Assembly (NCBI GenBank): GCA_964588985.1
Contig: CAZPQW010000001.1
Location: 1 to 64,000, forward strand
Origin: an uncultured Solirubrobacteraceae bacterium
Lineage (GTDB): Bacteria > Actinomycetota > Thermoleophilia > Solirubrobacterales > Solirubrobacteraceae
Reading direction: 5' to 3'
Length of the DNA stretch: 64,000 nt
The translations under genes and the position numbers were made by a program. The notes beneath the pieces are model-generated. The model had not been told where the DNA came from, did not search any database, and saw only the letters and a list, made by a program, of their open reading frames with translations. Positions 46,713-56,922 of the stretch are shown here, one piece after another. Numbering within the stretch: position 1 is the stretch's first letter; the number at the start of each line of letters is the position of its first letter.

Positions 46713-47951
46713 CTAGCCCGGATGCCGCACCTCCGGCTTCCCAAAGACGATGCCCGTCGTCTTCATCAGAGTGCAGGTGCCGTGTGCCGGCGCGCAGTCC
46801 GCGGCGTTGCTGAACGCGCCATCGAAGCACGCGACGTAGCCCGGACGGCACTTGTTCTGTTCTTCCAACGGTGGCCCCGCTTTGGGTGCATCGGATATCC
46901 AGTAAGTGGTGGAGTGGTCCTCGGCGATCGCCGCGACGATCCCCGGGCCGCCGGTGGCGGCACGCCACCTGTGAGTCGTGGTCGAGTAGGACTCGAAGCT
47001 CGAGCGGATCTCCTCGGGGCCGCTCCCCATCGGGCCGCAGTCGCCTTCGATCGCCGTGTAGAGGACGTTTGCGTTGGCCACGCTCGGGGAGATGCCTTCG
47101 TAATAGCCGCACGTCCCGCTCACGAAGCGCTCCGCGATGATCTGGCTGGGCGCCGACTGCCGGGCGCCTCTCAGAGGATCCGCGCGGAGTTCTGGAAACG
47201 GCGATTCTCCGAACGTGGCGGTGCTGGTCGACCATTCGTAGCTCAGGACGCTCGCGTCGAGCGACATACCGTCGACCCACGCGGACGGTGGTTCGCCGTT
47301 GCGCCTTTCGCACCGCGACGTGCTCGACGGGCACGGGCCGCTGCCTCCCCCGACGCGGACCAGGCGATGACGGGCGCGCTGCCAGACGTAGATCCTTGCC
47401 ACGTGCGAGTGAGCAGCCATCCGCGCGAAGGCGATCTCCCCCTTCCAGATCGCCGGCGTCGAGTCCGACGCGCCACTCGCGCGAATGCCCCGCACGAGCC
47501 GAGGCGACCCGCCCGGTATCGCCAGTTCGTAGATCCGGCAGCCGCGCGCTCTCGCCCAATCTGGCTCTCGCAGGTACTCGCTGCCCGCCAGTTCCGACGA
47601 AGAGCTCGGAGGGTCTTGCGTGCACCGTGAGTAGACGACAGTCGGCCTGCCGCTCGGGCCAGGGCCCGCAGCGGCGTCGAACGGCATGCTCCGCGCGGGG
47701 ACGTTCAGGGGTGTGATCGTGCCTGCGTGCCAGACCATGAGACGCCAGCTGCTCGTGCTCGGTTCGTCTTGGCTGAACACCACGTAGCCGTCGTAGGCCG
47801 TGAGCCGTTGTGCGACGTTCGCGAGCGGTGCCAAAGCCAGAGAGCCGGCTCTGGCTGGGCTCGGGGTGGCGTTGGCGGCGCAGAGAGATGCGGCCAGCGC
47901 AGCCACCGCGATCAGCATGCCCTGTCGACGTGTTCTCGATATCCGGTCCAT
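46713..47951 (-). CDS. Hypothetical secreted protein
   Basis: Signal peptide (MLIAVAALAASLCAA..ARA), beta-rich body with paired Cys. Confidence 0.72.
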   Translation of the reverse strand: MDRISRTRRQGMLIAVAALAASLCAANATPSPARAGSLALAPLANVAQRLTAYDGYVVFSQDEPSTSSWRLMVWHAGTITPLNVPARSMPFDAAAGPGPSGRPTVVYSRCTQDPPSSSSELAGSEYLREPDWARARGCRIYELAIPGGSPRLVRGIRASGASDSTPAIWKGEIAFARMAAHSHVARIYVWQRARHRLVRVGGGSGPCPSSTSRCERRNGEPPSAWVDGMSLDASVLSYEWSTSTATFGESPFPELRADPLRGARQSAPSQIIAERFVSGTCGYYEGISPSVANANVLYTAIEGDCGPMGSGPEEIRSSFESYSTTTHRWRAATGGPGIVAAIAEDHSTTYWISDAPKAGPPLEEQNKCRPGYVACFDGAFSNAADCAPAHGTCTLMKTTGIVFGKPEVRHPG

Positions 47952-48222
47952 GTGGCCCCCCGATTCCATTTGTCGGTCTACTCGACCTTTCAACCCATCA
48001 TGACCCAGTTCGGCGCGGTCGAGTCCGGTCGCTCGCATTCGGGCAGGGTCCGAGACATTGCGCCGCCGCGTCATCGCTGTCCCACGCGGTCGAGATCAAG
48101 CACCATCTTCGAGCTATTGACTGTCTACGCGTAGTCGGCGTATGGTTGCCTGCGAGGGACTGCTTGGTGACGTCCGTTCAGGCGTGTCCGGCAGGAGAGG
48201 GATAACTAACTAAGGGGAATAA

Positions 48223-49185
48223 ATGTTGAAGGTCAGAGCGACGTTGGTCGTTGCGGTGGTCACTGCCGCGATGGCGAGTTTGGCGCCGGCAACGGCGAGC
48301 GCGAGCTACTCGGTGCCCTACGGCGGTACCGCGTTGGGGGATGCGATCTGGAACGAGGCGTGGGCGCCGGAATCGGTGACTGGCGCGAACAACAACTGCA
48401 AACCGACATCCGCGCACCCCTACCCGGTGGTGCTCGTTCACGCGACGCTCGCCGACGAGGGCTCGAACTGGGTGACGCTCGCGCCGCTGCTCGCGAACGA
48501 AGGCTACTGCGTGTACGCGTTCAACTACGGCGAAACCATAGCGTCGTTCCCGATCATCCCGTTCATCACGCCCGGTCGGGTCGACGGTCTCGACCACATC
48601 GAAAGGTCGGCCGAACAGCTCTCGTCGTTCGTCAACAAAGTGCTCTCCAAAACGGGCGCCTCGAAGGTCGACCTGGTGGGTCATTCCCAGGGTGGGATGA
48701 TGCCCAACTACTACATCAAGTTCCTCGGAGGCGCGGCCAAGGTGAACGTGCTGATCGGGCTCGCGCCGAGCAACCACGGTACGACTCTCAGCGGCGTGAC
48801 GAAGCTGCTCGAAGTGTTCCCGTTCGCGAGCGAATTCGCGACCGGTCTGCTCGAACTGCTCGGCGCGCCGTCGCTTCCGGAGCAGGAGGAAACCTCGGCT
48901 TTCATCAAAAAGCTGTTCGGCCCCGGTGACCCGGTAGTTGCGGGCGTGCGCTACACGGTGATCGAGACCACGCACGACGAGGTCGTCACCCCGTACGCCC
49001 ACGCGTTCCTCAGCGGGTCGAACGTGACCAACATCACCGTCCAGACCCAGTGCCCGAGCGATCCGGTGGCGCACGTCGGCATGTTCGACGACTCGCCGTC
49101 GCTGCAGAACGTTCTCAACCAGCTCAGCCAGAGCCCCAACCCGTCGTTCAAAGCGACGTGTAGCAACTACGGCCAGGGCATCTAG
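48223..49185 (+). CDS. Secreted lipase/esterase (alpha/beta hydrolase, lipase class 2-like)
   Basis: HPYPVVLVH, VDLVGHSQGG, DEVVTP, VAH. Confidence 0.92.
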   Translation: MLKVRATLVVAVVTAAMASLAPATASASYSVPYGGTALGDAIWNEAWAPESVTGANNNCKPTSAHPYPVVLVHATLADEGSNWVTLAPLLANEGYCVYAFNYGETIASFPIIPFITPGRVDGLDHIERSAEQLSSFVNKVLSKTGASKVDLVGHSQGGMMPNYYIKFLGGAAKVNVLIGLAPSNHGTTLSGVTKLLEVFPFASEFATGLLELLGAPSLPEQEETSAFIKKLFGPGDPVVAGVRYTVIETTHDEVVTPYAHAFLSGSNVTNITVQTQCPSDPVAHVGMFDDSPSLQNVLNQLSQSPNPSFKATCSNYGQGI

Positions 49186-49214
49186 CCAGCGGCCGTTCAA
49201 AGGAGCAGGCACGA

Positions 49215-49245
49215 GGCCCCGGCCCGCATCGAGCGGGTCGGGGCC
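49215..49245. terminator. GC-rich hairpin between convergent genes
   Basis: GGCCCCGGCCCGC-ATCGA-GCGGGTCGGGGCC, 13-bp stem with one G-U pair. Confidence 0.6.
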
Positions 49246-49266
49246 GCACGTGCGTGTGCAGTCCGA

Positions 49267-50694
49267 TCAGGCCTGCGCGCCGTCGGTCGCGACGCTCGCC
49301 ATCCTCGCCCCGGCCCCGAGCTGCCTCGGCACGAGCGAGCCCGCCAGCAGGCACACCAGCAGGAATCCCGTAGCCATCAGGAACGTCTCGGTGAAGCCGG
49401 TCACGGTCGGTTTGCCGTGCGCCATGTGAGCCGCGATGAACGTGGCCGATAGCTGCCCGCCCAGCGCGCCGCCGAGCGTGCGCATGACCGTGTTCATGCC
49501 GCTCGCCACGCCCGTCTGGTGGCTCGGCACGGCCTGCACGATCAGGTTGCCGAGCGCCGCGAACGCGAGGCCGATCCCCACTCCCAGGAGCCCAGCCGCG
49601 ATCAGCAGGTCGTAGGGGTGTCCGTGTTCAGCCGTCAGCAGCGCGAAGGACAACGTCGTGAAAGCGGTCCCCGCCAGCAGCGCGGAGCGCGAGCCGAAAC
49701 GCGCGGAGATGCGTCCCGCGTAGATGCCCAAGATCGTCATCCCGGCGGTCGACGGCAGCAGGTACAGCCCGGAGACGACGACCGACGCGCCGAACCCAAA
49801 CCCCGTGCTCCTCGGCAGCTGAGCGAACTGCGGGAACACGATGAACGACGCGTACATGCCCGCGCCCAGCAGGAACGCGGCCGTGTTCGTCGTCCACACG
49901 CCCCGCACTCGCATCATCGTCATATCGATCAGCGGGTCGTCGCTGCGCGTCTCCACCGCGATCCACGCGAGCGTGAACACGATGCCGAACGCCAGCAGGC
50001 CGAGCGTCCTGCTCGACCCCCAGCCCCACGCGGTGGTCTCGCTGATCGCCAGCAGCACACCCGAGAGGCCGATCGTCATCAGCGCCGCCGCGAGCCAGTT
50101 GATGCGCCCCGGCACCCGCACCGGCGACTCCGGCACGTAGCGCCACGTCGCCACCGCCGCGATCACGATCGCGATCAGCGGAAACCAGAAGATCCAGTGG
50201 TAGTTGAGGTCTTTGATGATCACCCCCGAGAGGACGATCCCCACGCCGGCGCCCACTCCCAGGATCGCCGACAGCAGCCCGATGCTGCCCGCGACCTTCT
50301 CGTGCGGGAACTCGTCGCGCACGATCCCGAACGCGAGCGGGAAGATCCCGCCCGCCGCGCCCTGGATGAAGCGCCCCACGATCATCGGCACGAGCGAGCT
50401 CGACACAGCCGCCAGGAGCGTGCCGAACGCGAGGATCACCAGCGTCCACAGCAGCAGGCGCTCCTTGCCGTACATGTCGCCCAGCCGGCCGAGGATCGAC
50501 GTGCCCACCGAGGCCGCGAGCAGGTAGCCCGTCAGCAGCCACGTGATCCCCGTCTCGTTCGTGTGCAGATCGTGCTGCATCGTCGGGAGCGCCGGCACGA
50601 CCGCGGAGCTGAGCACCGCATAGGCCACCGCGCCGAGGCCCAGCACGGCCAGCGTGACATTCGGATGGGAACGGTCCGTGCTCGTTGTCGTCAA
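49267..50694 (-). CDS. MFS transporter (DHA2-like)
   Basis: GRLGDMYGKE motif A, GRFIQG, ~14 hydrophobic segments. Confidence 0.92.
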   Translation of the reverse strand: MTTTSTDRSHPNVTLAVLGLGAVAYAVLSSAVVPALPTMQHDLHTNETGITWLLTGYLLAASVGTSILGRLGDMYGKERLLLWTLVILAFGTLLAAVSSSLVPMIVGRFIQGAAGGIFPLAFGIVRDEFPHEKVAGSIGLLSAILGVGAGVGIVLSGVIIKDLNYHWIFWFPLIAIVIAAVATWRYVPESPVRVPGRINWLAAALMTIGLSGVLLAISETTAWGWGSSRTLGLLAFGIVFTLAWIAVETRSDDPLIDMTMMRVRGVWTTNTAAFLLGAGMYASFIVFPQFAQLPRSTGFGFGASVVVSGLYLLPSTAGMTILGIYAGRISARFGSRSALLAGTAFTTLSFALLTAEHGHPYDLLIAAGLLGVGIGLAFAALGNLIVQAVPSHQTGVASGMNTVMRTLGGALGGQLSATFIAAHMAHGKPTVTGFTETFLMATGFLLVCLLAGSLVPRQLGAGARMASVATDGAQA

Positions 50695-50766
50695 GGCGAC
50701 TCAGGTTAGCCACCCGACGCGTGTCCGCCGGTGCATTCGAATGGCTGCGCCGATGCGATTGCAAGG

Positions 50767-51816
50767 ATGCGAGCCATGTCCGGGCTCGACCGCATCCTGC
50801 ACCGCGCGCCCGATCGGTCCGGCAGGGCCTCGCACCTGCAGTTGACGATCTTCACCAAGCGGATCCTGGTGCTCGCGCTGGTAGCGGTCGTGCTGCTTCT
50901 GCTCGGCGCCATCGGTCTGGAGCTCAGCGAAGGTGTCAGCCTCTGGTACGGGTTTCGCTGGGCGCTCGACACGGCGGCCACCGTGGGCGGCTTCCCTCAG
51001 CCGCACACAACGACGGGTCAGATCGTCCAGGTCGCGGTCACCGTCCTCGGCGTGGGTACCCTCTTCTACGCGCTCGCGACCGTCACCGAGTTCTTCGTAG
51101 CGGGGCACCTCGGTGACCTGCTGGGGGTGCGGCGCATGGAGAGGATGATCGACTCGCTCAGCGACCACCACATCATCTGCGGCTTCGGTCGCGTCGGGCG
51201 CCAGGTCGCGCGCGACCTGCACGCCGCTCGGGTCGAGCTCGTCGTGGTGGACGCCAACGAGCGCAACCGCCACCTCGCCGAGGGGCTGGGCATGGCCTTC
51301 ATCGCCGGCGACGCCTCCGACGACACCGTGCTGGTCGAGGCCGGCATCGAGCGCGCCCGCTCGCTGATCGCGTGCGCGGACTCCGACGCGAACAACGTGT
51401 TCATCACCCTCACCGCGCGCGAGCTGCGAGCCGACATCCCGATCGTCGCGAGGGCCGCGATCGAGGACACCGAGAAGAAGCTCAAGCGCGCCGGCGCCGA
51501 CCGCGTGATCTCCCCCTACAAGGCGAGCGGAACGGAGATGGCACGTCTCGCGCTGCACCCGCAGCTGAGCGGTGTGGTGGACGTCGACGACGCCTACCGC
51601 CTCGAGGAGATCCTCGTCGCGGGGCGCGCCGCCGATGCGGCCCAGACCGTCGGCGACATCAGCGGCGGGCTGATGATCGTCGGGCTGCGCCGCGGAGCAG
51701 ACTTCCAGCCACAGCCCCCCGCCGAGACCGCGCTCCGGGACGGCGACGTGGTCATCGCGATGGGCACGCCCACCGCGCTCGAGCGCCTCGAGGGGTCGCT
51801 CGGCGCGCGAAGCTGA
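50767..51816 (+). CDS. Two-TM potassium-channel-family protein with RCK (TrkA-N/TrkA-C) domains
   Basis: TM-pore-TM (TAATVGG), HHIICGFGRVG, GDASDD..AGIERA, ALRDGDVVIAMG. Confidence 0.88.
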   Translation: MRAMSGLDRILHRAPDRSGRASHLQLTIFTKRILVLALVAVVLLLLGAIGLELSEGVSLWYGFRWALDTAATVGGFPQPHTTTGQIVQVAVTVLGVGTLFYALATVTEFFVAGHLGDLLGVRRMERMIDSLSDHHIICGFGRVGRQVARDLHAARVELVVVDANERNRHLAEGLGMAFIAGDASDDTVLVEAGIERARSLIACADSDANNVFITLTARELRADIPIVARAAIEDTEKKLKRAGADRVISPYKASGTEMARLALHPQLSGVVDVDDAYRLEEILVAGRAADAAQTVGDISGGLMIVGLRRGADFQPQPPAETALRDGDVVIAMGTPTALERLEGSLGARS

Positions 51817-51828
51817 CACGCTGTAGCG

Positions 51829-52260
51829 ATGCGCGCCCACCACATCCACGTAGAGCATCGCTTTGCCAAGCCGCCCGCCGCGATCTTCGCCCACCTAGCC
51901 GAGCACGAGAACCTCTCCGAGGTGTTCGGCGCGAAAGTCACCCGCCTGCGCGACGGCGAGAACGGCGAGCGCAACGGCGTCGGCTCGGTTCGCAAGCTGC
52001 GGATCGCACCGGGGATGCCGCCGTTCGAGGAGACCGTTACCGAGTTCGTCCCCGGCGAGCGGATCGTCTACCGCATCACCAAGGGCAGCCCGCTGCGCGG
52101 CCACGTCGGCACGATGACCTTCGCACCCGCCGGCGAGGGCACGGACTTCGTCTATGACATCCGCATCGCCTCGCCCATCCCCGGCCTCGCGCCGCTCGTC
52201 ACCGCCGTGCTCACGCGCTCGATCGTCAAGTCGCTGCCCAAAGTCGAGCGCGACGCCTGA
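51829..52260 (+). CDS. SRPBCC/START-family protein
   Basis: GVGSVR..EETVTEFVPGERIVYRI. Confidence 0.85.
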   Translation: MRAHHIHVEHRFAKPPAAIFAHLAEHENLSEVFGAKVTRLRDGENGERNGVGSVRKLRIAPGMPPFEETVTEFVPGERIVYRITKGSPLRGHVGTMTFAPAGEGTDFVYDIRIASPIPGLAPLVTAVLTRSIVKSLPKVERDA

Positions 52261-52275
52261 GCGCCGCACGAGCGC

Positions 52276-53295
52276 TCACGCGCCCGTGACGATCACCACC
52301 CGGAAGCGAGCCTCGCCGCTCAACATCCGCTCGTAGGCCTCCGTCGCCCGCTCCAGCGGGAAGGTCTCCACCATCGGGCGAACCCCCGACAGCGCGCTGA
52401 AGTCGAGCGTGTCCTCGGAGTCTCCCGAGTGCCCCGACGCGTGTCCCGCGATCGCTTTGCTGCCGCCGATCAGCATTGCCGGCGGGATCTGCATCGGCTC
52501 CATCGACGCGCCCACGATCACCAGCTTGCCGCGCACGCCGAGACCGCCGAGCACCGCCGTCACCGCCGGTGCGTTCGTGATCGTCGACAGGATCACCTTC
52601 GCGCCGCCGAGCTTGCGCAGCTCATCCGCCGGGTCCTTGGCGGTGCTGTCGATGTAGCGGCGCGCGCCGAGCTCCAGCGCAAGGTCGCGCTTGCTCGTAC
52701 CGCGCGCGATCGCGACCGTGTCGAAGCCGAGCTTCGACGCGAACTGCACGCCCAGGTGCCCTAGCCCGCCCACGCCGAGGACCGCCACCAGGTCGCCCGC
52801 GTGCGCGCCGCTGTGGCGCAGCGCGTTGTACGTGGTGATGCCCGCGCACAACAGCGGCGCCGCCTCCTCCGCGGCCAGCTCGTCCGGGATCGAGGCCATC
52901 GCGCTGGCCTTCACCAGCACGTAGTCGGCGTAGCCGCCGTCGATCGTGATGCCGGGGATGTCCATGTTGGCGCAGTTGATCAGGTCGCCGCGGCGGCACT
53001 GGCGGCAGTGGCCGCAGTTACCGCCGAACCAGCCCACGCCCACGCGCTGGCTGACCTCCCAGCCCCTGACGTCCTCGCCCAGCGCGGCCACCTCGCCGGC
53101 GATCTCGTGCCCCGGCACGTGCGGCCAGGAGATCCCGGGGAAGCCGCCCTCTTTGCCGAACATGTCGCTGTGGCAGATCCCGCACGCGTGCACGCGCACC
53201 AGCGCCTCGCCACGCCCCGGCTGCGGCACGTCGCGCTCGACCAGCTCGAACGGGCCGCCCTGCTCTTTGACCTGAACCACACGCATGCTCGCCAT
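52276..53295 (-). CDS. Zinc-dependent alcohol dehydrogenase
   Basis: CGICHSD, GHE, CGHCRQCRRG..C, GVGGLG. Confidence 0.95.
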   Translation of the reverse strand: MASMRVVQVKEQGGPFELVERDVPQPGRGEALVRVHACGICHSDMFGKEGGFPGISWPHVPGHEIAGEVAALGEDVRGWEVSQRVGVGWFGGNCGHCRQCRRGDLINCANMDIPGITIDGGYADYVLVKASAMASIPDELAAEEAAPLLCAGITTYNALRHSGAHAGDLVAVLGVGGLGHLGVQFASKLGFDTVAIARGTSKRDLALELGARRYIDSTAKDPADELRKLGGAKVILSTITNAPAVTAVLGGLGVRGKLVIVGASMEPMQIPPAMLIGGSKAIAGHASGHSGDSEDTLDFSALSGVRPMVETFPLERATEAYERMLSGEARFRVVIVTGA

Positions 53296-53394
53296 CGTCT
53301 CGCTCCTCGAAGTTGGTGCTCTCTCGACTCACGGCTCACCCTAGCCACGCCAGGTCTCACCTCCGGCCCAAGCCCATCCCCGAAGGGGCCTATC

Positions 53395-56163
53395 GTGCTT
53401 GTTCTCGTGACCCCGCCACCCTTCTCCGCCGAGCTCGCCCGCGACGAGGCCGTGCTGCGCTTCCCGTACGACGACGGTCTGCGCATGCTGCTGCGCGCGA
53501 TCCCCGGCCGTCGCTGGGACCCCGTCGACCGCGCGTGGTGCCTGCCGCTCGAGCCCGACCAGGCGCAGGCGCTCGCGCTGCTGCTCGACGGCCTGCCGGA
53601 CGAGCCCGACGTGAGCGCGGAGCTGGAGCGCGCGATCGCGCGCCGCCGCGCCAAGCGCGACCGCCGCGAGTTCCTGCTCGACGTGACCCGCCCCGACAGC
53701 GACTGGTGGCTGAGCTTCGCCACCGACGCCGCGCCCGAACCCGTCACCGCGCTGCTCGAGCACTCCGAAGCGCGCGAGGTGCCGGAGATCGGCCGCGCGC
53801 TCGTGCCGATCGACGACGAAGCGGCGGAGCTGCTCGAGGGCCTGCGCGCGCGCGGCGTGGACGTGCGCCTCAGCGACCTCGCCCGCCGCGCGCTGCTCAC
53901 CCACGCGGAGCAGACACGGCAGGGGCCCGCCGGCGCCGCCGGCGAGCCCGCCGACAACGGCGCCTACAGCCGCCACGACATCGAGTTCCGCCGCGACCGT
54001 CGCGGCGAGCACTGGATCCTCGTCGCCGGACGGCACGCCGCAACCGCGCGCGTCCTTGCCGCGGGCGCCGGGTTGCGCACAGCGGAGGGGCCCGCCGGAT
54101 CGGTGGGGCTGGCCGCGGCGGAGGACGACGCCGAGCAGCTGCGTGAGCTGCTCGACCACCTCGAGGATGCGGATGTCGATCCCCGTGTGACCGCGTGGCT
54201 GAGGCGCGCGAGCACCTGGCGCGGGAACATCGAGGTGCAGGGCCCGGGCGAGGAGCCGGTGTTCGTGCTGCTCGGCGACTTCAGGCGCCTGCCGCGCCCG
54301 CTTCGCGAGCGTGCCGCCACCGCGCCCGGGGGCGCGACCGTGCCGCTCACGCTCGAGTCGTGGCGGATGATCGACGGGCAGCTCGACGGCTGGATGAGCC
54401 GCGCCGCCAAACGGTGCGTCGACGCGCTGCTCGCGGGCCGCCCCGCGCCGCCCGCGGTGCTCGAGCGCTCGAGCGTCCACGACGAGCCCACGTTCGTGCT
54501 CGCGCCCGGCCACGACGAGACGCGCACGCACGCCTTTGCCGCGCTGCGCGGTGTGCTCCCGCCGCAGCGCCGTCGCCACTCAGAGCACGAGCACTCACAG
54601 CTCACCGCCATCCGCGCCGACCCGTTCTGCGTGCCCGCGCTCGATGAGTTCCTCGCCGACGGCGCCGTCTGGATCGAGCCCGACGCCCTGGAGCTGCTGC
54701 AGGAGATCCGCGAGCAGCACGCACGCTCCGCAGGTCTCGTAGCGCTCTCCAGCGCCGCCGACGCCGAGCTGCACGTCCCCGGCCTCGGCGGCGAGCTCAA
54801 GCCGTTCCAGCGCGCCGGCGTCAGCTACCTGCTCTCCCAGCGGCGCGCGTTCCTCGCCGACGAGCAGGGGCTCGGCAAGACGATCGAGGCGCTCGCCACG
54901 CTCGAGGCCGCCGCGGCGTATCCCGCGGTGATCGTGTGCCCAGCGAGCCTCAAGCTCAACTGGCTGCGCGAGCTGCGCCACTGGCTGCCCGAGCGCACCG
55001 TCCAGGCGCTCGCCGGCAACGGCGCGGGCGACGCAGGCGGCGAGCCGGAGCCAGCCGCGGACATCACGCTCGTCAACTACGACATCCTCGCCGCGCGCCT
55101 CGATCAGCTGCGCGCGCTGCAACCGAAGGCGCTCGTGCTCGACGAGTCCCACTACTGCAAGAACGCCGCCGCCAAGCGCACCCAGGCGGTCCAGCGACTC
55201 GCCGCCGAGGTGCCCCGCGACGGCTTCGTGCTCGCGCTCACCGGCACCCCCGTCATCAACCGCCCCGCCGAGCTGATCTCCCAGCTGCGCATCCTCGGAC
55301 GCCTCGAGGACTTCGGCTCGGGCGTCAAGTTCGGCGAGCGCTTCCGCGGTCCCGACGCCCACCTGCGCCTGCACTGGCACCTGCGCGCGCGCTGCTTCGT
55401 GCGCCGCCTGAAGGAGGACGTGCTCCAGCAGTTGCCCGCGAAGACGCGCGCGGTGGTGCCCGTGGAGCTCGACAACGAGTCCGAGTACCGCCTCGCCGAG
55501 CGCGACCTCGTCGCGTGGCTCAGGAGCCAGCCGATCGACCTGCGCGAGCTCGACGCGAAGGTCGCCGCGGCCCTGCGCGCCGAACGCCTCGTGCGCCTCA
55601 ACGCGCTCAAGCTCCTCGCCGCGCGCGGCAAGCTCCACGCCGCGCTGCGCTGGATCCACGACTTCTGCTCATCCGGCGAGCGGCTCGTCGTGTTCGCCCA
55701 CCACCGCGAGATCCAACGCGCGCTGCTCGACCACTTCCCCCACGCGCTGCACATCCTCGGCAAGGACAGCCACGCCTCACGGGATCAGGCGCTGCAGCGG
55801 TTCCAGGCGCCCGACGACGGCGCCCAGAACCAGCTCATCGTCTGCTCCATCGAGGTCGCCGGTCAAGGACTCACGCTAACCCGCTCATCGAATGTCGTCT
55901 TCCTGGAGCTCGACTGGACTCCCGCCAAGCACGACCAGGCCGAGGACCGCTGTCACAGGATCGGCCAGCAGGACGCCGTGAACGCCTACTACCTGCTCGC
56001 CGCCGAGACCGTCGACGAGACGATCTCGACCCTGCTCGAGCGCAAGCGCGCGGTGATCGGCGCGGTCACCGACGGGCGCGAGGAGGACGAGGAGGGGCTC
56101 GTGGACGCGCTCGTGCGCGAGCTGCGCGGCGCCCCCTACAAGCACCTGCGCGCGGTCGCCTGA
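53395..56163 (+). CDS. SNF2-family helicase with N-terminal HARP-like domain
   Basis: FPYD..RAIPGRRWDP..RAW; ADEQGLGKT, DESH, LTGTP, QAEDRCHRIGQ; start approximate. Confidence 0.88.
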   Translation: MLVLVTPPPFSAELARDEAVLRFPYDDGLRMLLRAIPGRRWDPVDRAWCLPLEPDQAQALALLLDGLPDEPDVSAELERAIARRRAKRDRREFLLDVTRPDSDWWLSFATDAAPEPVTALLEHSEAREVPEIGRALVPIDDEAAELLEGLRARGVDVRLSDLARRALLTHAEQTRQGPAGAAGEPADNGAYSRHDIEFRRDRRGEHWILVAGRHAATARVLAAGAGLRTAEGPAGSVGLAAAEDDAEQLRELLDHLEDADVDPRVTAWLRRASTWRGNIEVQGPGEEPVFVLLGDFRRLPRPLRERAATAPGGATVPLTLESWRMIDGQLDGWMSRAAKRCVDALLAGRPAPPAVLERSSVHDEPTFVLAPGHDETRTHAFAALRGVLPPQRRRHSEHEHSQLTAIRADPFCVPALDEFLADGAVWIEPDALELLQEIREQHARSAGLVALSSAADAELHVPGLGGELKPFQRAGVSYLLSQRRAFLADEQGLGKTIEALATLEAAAAYPAVIVCPASLKLNWLRELRHWLPERTVQALAGNGAGDAGGEPEPAADITLVNYDILAARLDQLRALQPKALVLDESHYCKNAAAKRTQAVQRLAAEVPRDGFVLALTGTPVINRPAELISQLRILGRLEDFGSGVKFGERFRGPDAHLRLHWHLRARCFVRRLKEDVLQQLPAKTRAVVPVELDNESEYRLAERDLVAWLRSQPIDLRELDAKVAAALRAERLVRLNALKLLAARGKLHAALRWIHDFCSSGERLVVFAHHREIQRALLDHFPHALHILGKDSHASRDQALQRFQAPDDGAQNQLIVCSIEVAGQGLTLTRSSNVVFLELDWTPAKHDQAEDRCHRIGQQDAVNAYYLLAAETVDETISTLLERKRAVIGAVTDGREEDEEGLVDALVRELRGAPYKHLRAVA

Positions 56164-56167
56164 GCGA

Positions 56168-56854
56168 TCAGGGCTGCAGCACCATCGCGTCCATGATCGC
56201 GCCCCACGATTCGACTTCGCGCGCTTCGAAGTCCTCCCACTTTTCTTCCAGGCGGACCGTCTGGCGCACCAGCGAGCGGTCGCTCGCGGGCTCGTAGGGC
56301 TTCAGCGAGTCGGGCAGTTCCCCCGCGCCGACCCACGCCGGCACGAACCGCTTGTCGAACGCCACCGTGCTCGCCGGCAGCGTCTTGAACCCGCTCGCCG
56401 CCCACGCCTTCACGTCCGCGCACAGGTGCGGTTCGGCGAGCGTCGTCAGCACCTTCACCTTCGCCGCGTAGGTGTGGATCGTGCGATTCAGCCCGCGGTT
56501 GCTCCAGTGCAGCGGCGCCACCGACCGCACGAAGCTACGGGCCTCGCCCAGGCCCGCTTTGACGACGCTCGTCACGATCGCCCCGATCACCTCGTTGCTG
56601 AGCTGTTCGGAGTCGGTGTCCTGAGGCGATTCGGCCGCGGCCTTCGGGCATTCGCCGCGAACCTGATGCACGACTCGCGCAATCGCGGCTCCGCCTTGCG
56701 GAATGTGTGAATCGGCGTACTGCATCAGCCTGTAGTTCGCCTCGAGGTAGGCATGGGCGTTGGCCGTGTCGGACGAGCTCGCCAGCGCGCACGACGGTCC
56801 CGCAGCGAGCGCTGCGAGCGCCAGAGGAACAGTCAGACAAGTTCGGATTGTCAT
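56168..56854 (-). CDS. Hypothetical secreted helical protein
   Basis: Signal peptide ending ALA; start at ATG 56854. Confidence 0.7.
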   Translation of the reverse strand: MTIRTCLTVPLALAALAAGPSCALASSSDTANAHAYLEANYRLMQYADSHIPQGGAAIARVVHQVRGECPKAAAESPQDTDSEQLSNEVIGAIVTSVVKAGLGEARSFVRSVAPLHWSNRGLNRTIHTYAAKVKVLTTLAEPHLCADVKAWAASGFKTLPASTVAFDKRFVPAWVGAGELPDSLKPYEPASDRSLVRQTVRLEEKWEDFEAREVESWGAIMDAMVLQP

Positions 56855-56922
56855 CAAATGACAGCCTAAGGGATCGAAGCCCGTACTTCGCCGGGCAACG
56901 AGAACTTGGTAAGGATGCACTC

